DNA of 64,000 nucleotides, taken from NCBI RefSeq assembly GCF_001194135.2, contig NC_068990.1:4845603-4909602 (forward strand), in the 5' to 3' direction. Position 1 is the stretch's first letter, and the number at the start of each line of letters is the position of its first letter. Below the pieces are notes generated by a model. That model saw only the letters and a program-made list of their open reading frames with translations. It searched no databases and was not told where the DNA came from. Shown here piece after piece: positions 23,169-36,940 of the stretch. This DNA comes from Octopus bimaculoides (lineage: Eukaryota). The position numbers and the translations under genes were made by a program.

Positions 23169-24239
23169 GTGTGATAAAAAGATTCTCAAGATTATTTGTA
23201 CCAATTTGATTTCAAATACAGCTTCTCTTTGATGAGCTATGCATCTTTTTCTAAATTCATTCAAATGACCTCAATACATATATATTTATTTTATATATAA
23301 TCTAGTACCAATTGATTTCATGCTAACAAGTAAATCAGAAATTATCAATGAGATAGTTGCTGATTAACCTGCCAGCATGAAGCCATCATTATGGCTGGCA
23401 TTGACAGCATTCTTGTCAAGCATAATGATGGAGTGTCAACTTTTGAGTTTCTAACTGACATCCATTCATCTATCCNNNNNNNNNNNNNNNNNNNNNNNNN
23501 NNNNNNNNNNNNNNNNNNNNNNNNNNNNNNNNNNNNNNNNNNNNNNNNNNNNNNNNNNNNNNNNNNNNNNNNNNNNNNNNNNNNNNNNNNNNNNNNNNNN
23601 NNNNNNNNNNNNNNNNNNNNNNNNNNNNNNNNNNNNNNNNNNNNNNNNNNNNNNNNNNNNNNNNNNNNNNNNNNNNNNNNNNNNNNNNNNNNNNNNNNNN
23701 NNNNNNNNNNNNNNNNNNNNNNNNNNNNNNNNNNNNNNNNNNNNNNNNNNNNNNNNNNNNNNNNNNNNNNNNNNNNNNNNNNNNNNNNNNNNNNNNNNNN
23801 NNNNNNNNNNNNNNNNNNNNNNNNNNNNNNNNNNNNNNNNNNNNNNNNNNNNNNNNNNNNNNNNNNNNNNNNNNNNNNNNNNNNNNNNNNNNNNNNNNNN
23901 NNNNNNNNNNNNNNNNNNNNNNNNNNNNNNNNNNNNNNNNNNNNNNNNNNNNNNNNNNNNNNNNNNNNNNNNNNNNNNNNNNNNNNNNNNNNNNNNNNNN
24001 NNNNNNNNNNNNNNNNNNNNNNNNNNNNNNNNNNNNNNNNNNNNNNNNNNNNNNNNNNNNNNNNNNNNNNNNNNNNNNNNNNNNNNNNNNNNNNNNNNNN
24101 NNNNNNNNNNNNNNNNNNNNNNNNNNNNNNNNNNNNNNNNNNNNNNNNNNNNNNNNNNNNNNNNNNNNNNNNNNNNNNNNNNNNNNNNNNNNNNNNNNNN
24201 NNNNNNNNNNNNNNNNNNNNNNNNNNTATATATATATAT

Positions 24240-24460
24240 ATCTTTGTGTCTTTGTGTTTGTCTCAGACTAATGCTTGACCACCAGTGTTGGTTTGTTTAT
24301 ATCTCTATAACTGTGGTTTGGCAAAAAGAAACCAACAGAATAAGTATGAAGCTTTAAGGAAAAATAAGCATTGGGGTCAGTTCATTTGACTAAAACCCTT
24401 CAAGGCGATGCCTCAGCAAGGTCATATTCCAGTGAATGAAAGAAGTAAAAGCTAAAAGAT
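24240..24460 (+). mobile_element. SINE family 1, 3' half next to a gap
   Basis: cttgaccaccagtgttggtttgtttat...ttggggtcagttcatttgactaaaaccc...gaatgaaagaagtaaaag. Confidence 0.7.
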
Positions 24461-25729
24461 AAAAGAATGTTACAGTAGATTGTAAATAATGCAGATTAAA
24501 CCTATCAAAGCCAAATATTTGATAACTTTTACATGGAAATGAACTGCAAGTAAATGTAATTTAATGTGTTAATTTCGGAATTACATGGGACAAACTGTTG
24601 GGACTTTGTTAGAAACAAAGAAGTTATGAAATCGATTGTTGATCGCTTTTTAACTGATATAAATTCATTTTCTTAAGATCATTTTCAAAGAGAACAATTT
24701 ATAATGCAGATCATAGATCAGTCATGTATCATCTACATTTGAAAATGCCCAGGTCTTGAAAGACATTTTAAAATTACAATTCTATAAAAGAGTTTATCAA
24801 TTTATAATTCACTAAGAATGCAGCTTTGTTGTGTACAAAACTGATAGATGAGAGAGAGAGATAACAATAGATACTGAGGTAGTCAGAATAGTAATTGATG
24901 TGTAAGTGCCTGTCTGAAGTATAAATTGACAAAGAAGTAGAAGACAGAGGAAGAAATATATATATATGTATATATTGTGTATGTATGTATATATGTATGT
25001 ATGCATGTCTGTATGTTTATATATATATATAATACTCAGAAAGCTAATGTACATAGACATTAAGTATTGGTGTAGAATGGTGAGCAAGATAAATTCTAGA
25101 GTATTTCAAAGCAACAGCAATGAGAAAGTGAAGAAGATGAGGGAAAAGTGAAATATTTTTATCAATAAAGGCAGTTTTATTTTGTTTACTACAGTGAACA
25201 AGGATAATGTCTGAACAGAGTCTAAGGTTACAAAAATTTGTAAATTGCAGTGGGCTTTAGGCCCCATATAAGTAATTTCTTGATGAAATTAATTTAAGCT
25301 CCTACTTCTTTTCAACTTGTGGAAAAGTGTCCAAGAATTTCAAATGCATATGCTCTCATAACACCCACTAACTTGCATTCTATTTGTTTGAAACATTACT
25401 CTGGTGCTACAACCCAATACTGACTGGTAGTGAATGCTCTTCAATTGAAAATAGTGACCAATCAGGAGAAGCTGCCATTAAAGGAATACCAAGTAATGTT
25501 TAATCCAGTGTGTCAACCATTTAATCAATGGGTGCAGAGAGTCAAGATAAATATCAGCAGAGATATGGGTGTTAACTATAGACATAGTTTCTTATTATTT
25601 CTTACTATAACTGTGCTGTGGGAGTCTACAAAAATGGTTGACCTGCTACACATAGCAGGTAAGTCATATTTACATCGTTGTACTCTGTTGTTTTAACAAT
25701 GGATAATATACCCCAGATATATGAAAGGA

Positions 25730-25882
25730 TGAGATGGTCAAGGCTGGAATACCTTTGGAACTAATCAATAAGAACCAACCATCTGATGCAACTGTCATTC
25801 ACCCAAGATTCCATGCACTGGGACTGAACCCAGAACCATGTGGTAGTGAAACAAGCTTCTTACCACACAGCCATGCCTGCGC
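25730..25882 (-). mobile_element. SINE family 1 head fragment
   Basis: cccaagattccatgcactgggactgaacccagaaccatgtgg...cttaccacacagccatgcctgcgcc. Confidence 0.75.
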
Positions 25883-26074
25883 CAGTGTAATGCAAATGTT
25901 TGGTTAGCAATTTTGAATATATTTAATTATTTACATTTAATTTTGTCAAATGTTTTGTATTGTATAAGTACATTCCACAAGGATATGCCTTATGATTTTT
26001 ATGGACAGTTTTGTAGTCTGCAAGATGAGAAGTGGTTATTACCTCCCTGTTCAACACTCCTCTATCTTTTGGAT

Positions 26075-26360
26075 CAGTGGTTCCCAAACTTTTTCAGTTG
26101 GTTCTAAGGCCACATTCCTAGTACCCCACCGCTCACTAACCATTACAGACATAGGCCATTTTCTGAAGCAAATTCAAGACAACAATATTTCACAAATAAA
26201 ACTTAACCTAATTAACCCTCTATTTTGTTTGTTATTTTTTTACATTCATTACCCTGTTTTGGTCATCCTATTATCGCCCCATCTTTCTTCAACAACCCCT
26301 TGGATCTTACCACCATCCCAGTGGTGAGTGGGACAGTACCACTCACTTTGGGAACCACTG
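26075..26360. mobile_element. 286-bp hAT-superfamily MITE with perfect 8-bp TSD
   Basis: 14-bp TIRs CAGTGGTTCCCAAA / TTTGGGAACCACTG. TTTTGGAT occurs at both 26067-26074 and 26361-26368. Confidence 0.92.
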
Positions 26361-27737
26361 TTTTGGATAAATGATTCACAGTGATCCCCTATGACACACA
26401 CATTGCATAGAAGCATAGCTAATTAAAGAAAAGATAATCAATACTTGTACTTGGCTAGTATTTCATCAGAAGAATGGAAAGCAAAGTTGGCCTTGGCAGA
26501 ATCTGAACTCAAAATACAGAGTTAGAAAAATCACAAAACATTTGCTCAGTGTTCTAATGATTTTACCAATCTACTACTTTATTCTTATTAGATTATAAAC
26601 TTGATCATTATTTTAGAAAATGGCTTGTCAAGCAAAGTTTCCCCATTTCTGTTCTGTGATAATATTGAAGTATTTTGTTTGAAAAGTTTTCATGCACAAA
26701 AATAAAAAGAGAATATTAACAGTACAAATTGGTCCAACCTGCACTTGCATGTTAAAGAAGATTAACATAATGGTTTCTTGAACTATATAAATATCAAATG
26801 AGTTGAATTATGAACTCATTAATGTGTGTTGTAGTATTGAAAAGAGGAATTGGAGTAAATTAGATTTCAGTAAAGTTAAATACTACTGCTTAATTTTAAT
26901 AGCAAACCAGTGTACATTAATTCACAAATTACTTGAATATCAAAAATACTATTTCAGACTGTAGTAATCAGAAATAGTATTCTAAATTAGATTTTCAGAT
27001 GTTTTACACTTATGAGTGATTGCTTGTTATCTGTCTGTTTGTCTGTCTTCCTATCTTATCTGGATCTGTGCATATGAGTGTGTGTGTGTGTGTGTTTTCA
27101 GGAACTACATTGTCCAGTGTATCCTTCCTCTTTAGACTAGCTGATGTGTGATTTGAAGGCTATTTGGCTGGTATTTCTAGCAGTTTGAATGACTACTCAG
27201 TAGGTAGTTACCATTCAAACCCAGATTAGATTGGATCATGCAGACCTTACCTGCGTGCTTGATTAAAAAGAAAATTCTAGCCTTAATTGTCACATCTTTC
27301 ATAGATACCCAATGTATCCTTCCTTTATAATTAGTGGTATGCATTCTTGTATTCTAGGGACTACATCCTCCATTCAAGACAGCAGTTGTGGAATTTGAGG
27401 GAAATTTGGCTGCTCTGTCTTGTAGTAGTTTTAAGATGGGTAGCGCATGATTTGTGAAAGATTTGGGTGCTATACCTAGCAGCTCAGATAATCCCTGAAA
27501 TGTTCTATTGTTATTTCACCTCATTAGGCCTCACATGTCTTTTTGTACAATAAGACAATGTTATCCAATGTATTCTTGTTTTTTATAGGCTGTAGAATTT
27601 ATTGGAGGGATATTCAGCTTCTATTTCAAGCACTTTGAGCAACTACTCAGTCGACACACACTAGACCAAGCATGGGCAACCTTTACTGAGAAGGGGGCTA
27701 TATGAGCCAAGGCTCATCATCAGGTAGGCTGCACTAC

Positions 27738-28100
27738 TACTCTTTTACTTGTTTCAGCACTGCCTTTAGTCGAGCAAATCGACCCCAGGACTTATTCTTT
27801 GTAAGCCTAGTACTTATTCTATGATTCTCTTTTGCCAAACCGCTAAGTTACAGGGACATAAACACACCAGCATCGGTTGTCAAGCGATATTGGGGGGACA
27901 AACACAGACACACGAACATATACACACACGTACATATATACGACAGGCTTCTTTCAGTTTCCATCTACCAAATCCGCTCACAAGGCTTTGGTTGGCCCGA
28001 GGCTATAGTAGAAGATACTTGCCCAAGATGCCACACAGTGAGACTGAACCCGGAACCATGTGATTGGTAAGCAAGCTACTTACCACACAGCCACTCCTAC
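27738..28100 (-). mobile_element. Near full-length SINE family 1
   Basis: Highly similar to 15696-16120 along its length. Confidence 0.9.
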
Positions 28101-31100
28101 TCCTACAAAACAAATTTTTTGTAATTTTTTGTCCCATGAGCTGCAGTTTCCCCAATTGCAACAGGCATTCATTTATANNNNNNNNNNNNNNNNNNNNNNN
28201 NNNNNNNNNNNNNNNNNNNNNNNNNNNNNNNNNNNNNNNNNNNNNNNNNNNNNNNNNNNNNNNNNNNNNNNNNNNNNNNNNNNNNNNNNNNNNNNNNNNN
28301 NNNNNNNNNNNNNNNNNNNNNNNNNNNNNNNNNNNNNNNNNNNNNNNNNNNNNNNNNNNNNNNNNNNNNNNNNNNNNNNNNNNNNNNNNNNNNNNNNNNN
28401 NNNNNNNNNNNNNNNNNNNNNNNNNNNNNNNNNNNNNNNNNNNNNNNNNNNNNNNNNNNNNNNNNNNNNNNNNNNNNNNNNNNNNNNNNNNNNNNNNNNN
28501 NNNNNNNNNNNNNNNNNNNNNNNNNNNNNNNNNNNNNNNNNNNNNNNNNNNNNNNNNNNNNNNNNNNNNNNNNNNNNNNNNNNNNNNNNNNNNNNNNNNN
28601 NNNNNNNNNNNNNNNNNNNNNNNNNNNNNNNNNNNNNNNNNNNNNNNNNNNNNNNNNNNNNNNNNNNNNNNNNNNNNNNNNNNNNNNNNNNNNNNNNNNN
28701 NNNNNNNNNNNNNNNNNNNNNNNNNNNNNNNNNNNNNNNNNNNNNNNNNNNNNNNNNNNNNNNNNNNNNNNNNNNNNNNNNNNNNAGGGTTAAAGCAAAT
28801 TTAAAATGAAAAAAGCAAATAAAACGAAGGTATGGAGATTAAATACGCTTTACATCGCTTAATCAGCCAAAGGAGTAAATATAAACAACTGAATACTTGT
28901 CAGTGATTGGTTGAAATTATCGAAATAAGACAATTTTTTACATGAAATAAATTCGAATACAAAAATATTTTTCTGTTCTATAACACAAAATAGATAAGTA
29001 TACGAAGCTTGAAAGTCTTTCGGTACCAAAAACACTCCGTAAAACATTAATGAAAAATGTGGCCCCCGTTTTAAAATAGATCCAAATTATCTTATTAAGA
29101 TTTAGATGGATAAAAATCAACCATAGTATGATTTTAACTTTGAATTTAAAGAGAAAAATCTAAATAATCTAATATACCTAGCCTCACTTTAAACTGTTTC
29201 AAGTCTACCTTTCAGGATTATTTCTCATGTATATCAAAAACAGTTTTTAAATGAATAATTTAATAAACAAGTTTTTTAATTAACTCTATAACAAACTTAT
29301 TTACCAATGTTTGTAAGTGGTATGGTAAAATAAATTGTTCTTTTCAGTATACTTTATACATTTCATCTAAGGCTTTCATTAGTCAGTATTGACCATGTAT
29401 CTGTACCCATAGCAAAGGTTTTGTGGATGACTAGTAGTTAGTTATACATGCAAGTTCCCTTTCTCCATGCCACCATTTTCCAAGGGAAAAGCAATATCAA
29501 TAAAGCTTGGCACCAGTATTGTTGCAAGCATTGGCATTAGAAGGTAGAACTGTATTGCAAAGCCTCTTGTCTGAGATTCTAGTGTTTCTTCTCTGAACTC
29601 GTACTATTGTTTTTGTAATTTACTCTGAAAGGATGAAAGGCAAAGTTGACCCCAGCAAGATTTGAACTCGCAACACAGAGAATCAGAAAAAATATCACAA
29701 AGCATTCTACTTGATACTCTGATAACAGTCATTTCACTATCTTATGTTCTTGGTTACTTCTTGCATATCTAATAATCAAGTTTAAAAAGGTCTATCACTT
29801 TTTTGTAGAGTTCTCTAAATTAAAAGTTTTGAACAGCAAAATAAACTATCAAAAGCAATCTTGGATTTTTTTTCTCTTTGATAAAATTATTTCATAACTG
29901 TTATGTAAAGATAAGCAAATTGTGTTGTATTTCTTGTCTAACAACACAAGATATTGCTTCAGAAAATTGATAAACTAGTATGAGACAAATTTTAAGCAAG
30001 TTAATTCTTAAGCCACAAGGCTTTTAGTTTCTAAAAATATTTGAATAATATAAAAGCTAGTACTTCACAGCTTCACATACTGTGGTTGTGTTAGGGAAAT
30101 ATACGTTTACTATCAAAACTGTGTATTAACTGCCTGCTCTTTGATGCTCAAAGTGTCATCACATACATATATGTAGTTGATATTGTAAGAAATGGATCAT
30201 TCTCAGAAAAATATGGTATTAGGATTTTTAAAGTTTAAAAAAAAAAACATAAACTTCTTTAAGCTCTTATGAAAGCAATGAAACACATGTACATACAGCC
30301 AATATTAAACCAGGTTTAAGAAATATACATCTTCCTCAATCTTGCAAATAGCTCTTAAATTTCTTTCACTTTTTACCCTTTCAAGTCATTGAGACGTATT
30401 TGAGATGAATCTTTTGAAACTCTTAGATTTCTGATAAGTATCCTATTTTGCTTCAACTTAAAATGGTGGTTTATTTGAAAGCATTTTGTTTAGTAGGTTA
30501 CAGAAAAATTAAATTGGAAAAGCATAAGGAAAAAACATCCAAAATTCAGCAGATGAGAGGAAGAAATATAAAAAAAAATTATTGCAGGAAGGAACAGATG
30601 TATGGTGATGTTGTTAAGGACTGTATATGAGTAAATGACAAAAAATATATGCATAAAAAAAAAACTAGAAATATTATAAGCTTCAAAACCACAATACAAC
30701 AGAGAGAATGAGTGAATGAAAATATGCTGTAATGAAAGGAGAGGAAATGAATGAGGAAGACATAGAAAAACAGTGTAACAACATGAAAAAGTAGAAATAT
30801 GAAGAATACCAGAACAGAAAGAAATTCTTTTATATGGAAGGAGAAGCAGACAAAAAAAAAAAAAGAAATATAAGAAATAAACACATACACAAATGTATGT
30901 GTATGAAAAGCAGAAAGAGAGAGAAAAGGTTGAAATAATGTGTTCAAAAGAAAGAAGGACAGTTAGTTGAGGACATAGAGATGAATCTGTACAGCAAAAA
31001 ATGAAAGCAAATACAAATTGTCTGAGAGAAATGCAAAAAGTCACACAAAGAAAATTCCTTTTCCTAAAACAGTTGTTAAGGAGCCAGAATAGATGAGCAA

Positions 31101-34100
31101 CAAAATATGCATAACTGTTAATGTAGCACATGGGGAAAAACAATCAATACTAAATGTTTTCTGCTATTGAAAGCATCATTTTATGGCATGCCTAAAACAC
31201 AGTATTTTAAACACTATAAAATTTCTTTACAAACGATTGCTCAGCAGCAAAATATAGAAAAACAAATATAAATTTTGTATAGCTTGTATTTGCTGCTTGA
31301 GCTATGAAAATTGCCACATCACAATATATATCATAATGAATAAGGATAAAAATTAAGAAGGACATCCAACAGTCTTCATATACCATTTCCAAATATTAAA
31401 ACTAAAATATCCACAGATACTTAGAAAAGGACAGCTACAGAATAAAAAGAAAAAGAAGTAAAAAGAAAGACGAGAAAAATATGTAGTTGTATTTTGTTAC
31501 TATTATAACGTTGCAAAATAACTGGTTCATGTATATTCTGATAATGATAAGAAACTGTATAAAGAGACATTTAGAGCTATCCTAAGTTATAAGATGATTC
31601 TGAAAAAATGCTAGCAGCTATCATGTTGCAGAAGAAAATAAAAACTCTTTATTCACTACTTTTATACTCCAAATATTCATTACGATAGATATGTTATTAT
31701 GAGCAAAAACCCTTTGAAAGAAAACTTAATCCAATAACACCAAAATGTGAAATCACTTAACATAGATTGAAACAATTGGCTGGAAAAGTTAATTGAATCT
31801 TGGTAAAATAACAATTTATTTTAATATTTACATACTGGCATTGGTGAGCTAGAAGATTTAAAAATGGAAATTTCTGTATTCATTCTTGGAGAAATCTGAT
31901 AAACTAACTCATTTTATTTAGCAAAATTTTTGTGCTTGAAGCAACCACCAGTTCCTTCAGATTTTACTGTAACACTTTAAAAACTACAGTTTTTCAGTAA
32001 ATAATTAGTAAGAATCAGTACATAAGTTTAAAAGTAATTTGTAAACTGCCTGGAATAGAATTCTGTTCCGCAGTTCCCTTATTAAACAGATATCTGAAAT
32101 CATCAAGAAGATATATGCAGAATAAAGAAGCCAGATAATTTGTTTTAGTGAATCCTACAGAAATTCTAAATTCTAAAACTAATTTATATGTACGATTTTA
32201 TAGTTTCATATTACATTGATTTAAGAATAATATATAAACCAAGGCTAACAAATATATTTTACACATTTTGTATCTTTTTCTTGAATATGAACTAAGATGA
32301 CACTCACAAAATACATTATAATTTTTTCTAAAGACTTTATTCAATATTTAAATAGATCACATTTACATTATTTTGCTGAGGTCAACAAAAGTGTCATCTA
32401 ACCAACTATTTATTTGAAAATTTCTTAAAAAATGTTTCTTATATATTTTAAAATGGCAATCATCTTAAGTGTAGAGAAAAATGACTAATTTGATGAGATA
32501 TTGAGCTTGTAGTTTACAGTCAAGTATTTAAATCTGCTTTTTCTTTGTGCATCCACTTTTCAGCTAAGTTTTATTAAGTCAAAGCAGAACTTATTTCCTT
32601 GCACTTGACTTTAAATAAACAGGAACTTCAAATTGAAATGATTCACTTCTGTACACAATGACTGCTGAAAAAGGTGATGAGTGATTTGTTAGCTTGCAGT
32701 GCTGACCTCAGTTAATCCTGTGTTCAGTATCTTTCTTTGGTTAAATTTATCTTACTGTTAAGTGAACAAACATAAACACCAATTTAAAGAGATGCATTGA
32801 TCAGCTGTGATTACTCAAAATGAAGTATGCTTCTGGTTGAATTGTTAGAGATTTGTTTTCAAAGCATTAATCAGTACAGCTCTTCATATAAAACTTAACA
32901 TAAATATGTTGAAACAATATGTACCAGAAATAAATACTAGAAGTAAAAATTATTTATGAAAACTAAGTATTTATAATGCCAGAGTTACGTCAAATATTTT
33001 AGACTTTGTAAAACTAACTTCTACTGCACTAAATTTAGTTACTTTGAACAGTGTATTTGAACTATTCTATGTCGTCTTGCAGAAAATGAACTATACTTCA
33101 ACATACAGAGCTGTAGTAAAACGATATGGTTAATGTATAGTAGCTGAAAATAGGAAAAAAAAAAGAAGACATGAATATAAGAGGATTATTTTGAACAAAG
33201 TTTGCATTTATTTAGACACTAAGAGGCTAAAACTAAAGAAAGAAAGCAAAATGAAATATGAACATTTCATCTATCTATAACTCAAGCAAAGTTATGCTGA
33301 GGCCAAAATATCTCCCTAAAAGCCAAAGAAAACTTGTCTGTAGATATCACAGCTGTGTTCCTTAAAGTCAGTATTACAGTTTTCCTACGTACATATAGGG
33401 ATAATGAAAGACAGGGCTGAGTAAATACTAGCAAAATAAGAAATAGCAACAGTAATATGTGGCATGCATGCAGCAATAAAATAGATAGGTATGTCAACTA
33501 AAGAATTTGTATGGAATAACAATGGAGATCAGGTAATAGGAAATAAAAGATGAAATTGTAAACAACGGATCTAAGTCTATTTATGAGAATTCCTACATTT
33601 ATGCAAGCCAGACAGATTCTGTTCTATACAAAATGGAATAGACAGATAGTTGTAAATAGTAAGTCTTTCCCTGATGAAAAATGTATCTAATGACTTCAAT
33701 ATAAAAGTTAGACAAGCCCTCATTGATGCTGAGAAGAAAGAAACTTCTAAATGTTATGAGAAATGTGGAAAATGCTTGGAAAGAAAAGGATCTAGTCAAA
33801 GCATAACTAACAGAGCCCTCAACTATTGTGGAAGACAGTTATATTGTCACAATCACCATTAAGGATATGAAGATAAGGTAGACAGCCAACCTATCTAGTG
33901 TAGTCCTTGTAATGCTGAAAATACATGGTGAATGAAATAAGGCTCAAGCAAGTCATTTCTGCAGTCAACCAAGTAATACAGGTGGTGTCATCCCCAATGA
34001 ATAGCAGCATAATCATCAACAAATGCAACCTGACGATGATGATTCATTTTACTTTCCATATCTCAACACAATGTCTGTTAGTTCCAGTTTTGCTGCAAAA

Positions 34101-34288
34101 ACCAACTTTTAATTGAGTTTTAACCTCTATTTATTCTTTGTATTGACAAGTTTTATCCATTTAAAATTTCCTCTGAAAAATCCTATTTATTGGTTTGTAT
34201 TCTAAATCGCCAAATGGGCAAAAATATTTTCTCAGTCCTGACTAAATTCTAAGAATCAACATCAAGCTTTTTTCCATTAAGTAGCTTT

Positions 34289-34326
<38 letters not shown>

Positions 34327-35043
34327 GCACTCTCAGTTATTTATTTCACTGGACTTTAGCTTATAACTTACAGTTAACTTTCCAATTGTGAAGAATTTGA
34401 TTCTTCTTGTCAGTTAGGAATCAGAGGAAAGTTAAGTAATATTTCTTATCCAGCAACCAATATAAAGGCAAGTTTTGATTTTATTACCATATAACTGGAA
34501 CTCCATTAAAAAAGTGTGGTTATAATTATTTTCAGTTTTCAGCATGAAATATCTATAGGCCATAAAAACCAGATTTTTCAGAATTTTAAAATGACAACAA
34601 AATAAAAACAAAAATGTATGACCAAAGACATAATTCATTCATAACTGGAAGTATATTCTATGTAATTTTCAAATAAATAGCAATTCAGCCTAAGATAAAC
34701 AAACATTCAGTTTCAAGCTATCTACAAAGGATGTCATGCAATCCTTTATAAAATCATGCCAGAATCAACTTAATTTACGACATTGTTGCTCTGGTATTCT
34801 AAAATGATCATTACGCCATCAAAGAGACATTTTCTATCAAACTTTATAGATTTTATAATATATTGCAGCAGAAAATGCAATTTAAAAAGCCTAACAGAAA
34901 CATTTATAGCATAGCACATTTTTTTTCCTATCCTTAATATATATATATGTATATATATNNNNNNNNNNNNNNNNNNNNNNNNNNNNNNNNNNNNNNNNNN
35001 NNNNNNNNNNNNNNNNNNNNNNNNNNNNNNNNNNNNNNNATAT

Positions 35044-35076
<33 letters not shown>

Positions 35077-35121
35077 CAGACAGATACACTATTTGTAAAA
35101 TCATATCATTATTATTATTAT

Positions 35122-35722
35122 TTGAGATAACAGAATCGTTGGTATGTCAGACAAAATGCTCAGCAGCATTTCTTCTGGCTCAGTACATTTTCTATTCAAA
35201 GTGTACCGGGGTCAAATTTGACATTCAGCCTTTCAGAGTCGATAAAATAAGCACCAATCAAGTACTGGGATCGACGTAATCATTAGCGCCTCAAACAAAA
35301 TGTTTAGTGTATTTCGTCTATCTTTACATTCTGAGTTCTAGTTCTATCAAGGCTGACTTTGCCTTTTATCCTTTCAGAGTTCGTGAATTAAGTACCAGTT
35401 GAGCACTGGTATTGATGTAATTGACTTTCCCCGTTTCCCCAAAGTTCAGGCCTTGCACCTATAATAGAAAGGATTATAATAGTCAATATTATTATTAAAA
35501 TGAGGTGAACTGGAAGAATCATTAGCATGTTGGACAAAATGCATAATAGCATTTCTCTTGGCTGTTTGTTCTGAGTTCAAATTCTGTCAATGTTGACTTT
35601 GCCTTTCCCCCTTTCCAGCGTTAGTAAAATAAGTACCATTTGAGCAATGGGATTGATGTAATCAATTAGACCCCCTCCAAAATTTCAGGCCATGTGTCTA
35701 TAGTAGAAAAGATTATTATTAT
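35122..35722 (+). mobile_element. Three head-to-tail copies of a second SINE family
   Basis: Repeated module (tt)ctgagttcaaattc...gactttgcctttcatcctttc...aataagtacca...gatgtaat. Copies 2 and 3 end agaaa(g/a)gattat and (ATT)n. Confidence 0.8.
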
Positions 35723-36719
35723 TATTGGAAGTGGTTGTGGTAGCAGTAATATTTTTAGTAGGCATAGAAATATTTATTTTTCTCAATTCATCCATTACAA
35801 GACACTGATATATTTGTAAACTAATATATCTTTTTCTATGAAAGGAATTGTATAATGACATAGCTGTGAGATCGAGCATTATGTTCTAAGGTAAAATACA
35901 AAAAACAATTACAAATGAATTGATATTTTGGTAAAAATAAAGTAAAACATTGTTGTCTGATAAAAATAAACGATGATAGTTTGTATTGGCAAATATCATT
36001 TTAAAGTAGCTCCTGAAAAGGGGTATGTGTGTGTCATAAGAAGAACTACATTTAAGAATTTGAAATAAACCCCACATTGGCAAAAAGTAAAAAGTGTTTT
36101 AAACAGTAAGAAGTAAGACTATATGTAGAAATGATATGTTAGAAATGACCTGACAAAATATATAATAGTAGAAGGCTAAAGAAAAAAGTAATGTATTACA
36201 TGAATTTAAAGGAATATAAAACATATAATTCTTATATATGTGTATGTGTATTATATATGCATTTGTATGTGTATTATATATGCATTTGTATGTGTATATA
36301 TATTACATTTGTGTGTATGTATATTGTGTGGAAGTGTTTGCATGGGTTTATATATCTACAAGAAGAATATCTAGCATTGCCCCGAAAATATAGCACTCAT
36401 TTCTTCTTCGATTTGTTAAATTCAAATCATGACAATTCTGCATAAAAATATTTTACCAAATACATTGTTTATATTATTTGTAACAAAAATACATTCTTCA
36501 CTTCTGAAAATTTCATTTGAATTTTAATAACTCACTATAAAAGGAAAGCCAATATATACACAATATACAGCTGAGTTGTGCAATATGCATCCTATCTCTA
36601 CACCTTTGATCAGTGTTCCTTTGCTAAATGTTTTTCAGATTTCTATGTTTTAAACATTGGGCATTACAACTGTGTGTAAAAAGAAATGAAAATTTCATAT
36701 TTTTTTAACAATTTTCCCT

Positions 36720-36753
36720 TCACACACACACACATATATATATATATACATAT

Positions 36754-36785
<32 letters not shown>

Positions 36786-36864
36786 GCACACACACACACA
36801 CATACGCACATACACACACACACGTATACATATATATACACATATATGTATACACACACACATG

Positions 36865-36940
<76 letters not shown>
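36720..36940. repeat. Compound (CA)/(TA)/(TG) microsatellite
   Basis: Read directly; source of the HTHT/YIYI/CVCV ORFs. Confidence 0.95.

Noticed and set aside
25640-25670. Plus-strand GCAG|GTAAGT donor
   Set aside because: Lies in the gacctgcta...tagcag hairpin of a dispersed repeat seen elsewhere in the window.
27668-27735. hAT-like left terminus CAAGCATGGGCAAC
   Set aside because: No convincing right TIR or TSD after the adjacent SINE.
30490-31143. 217-aa hydrophobic minus-strand ORF
   Set aside because: Reverse complement of a low-complexity A/G-rich tract; the F/L/S/C-rich composition is a typical artefact.
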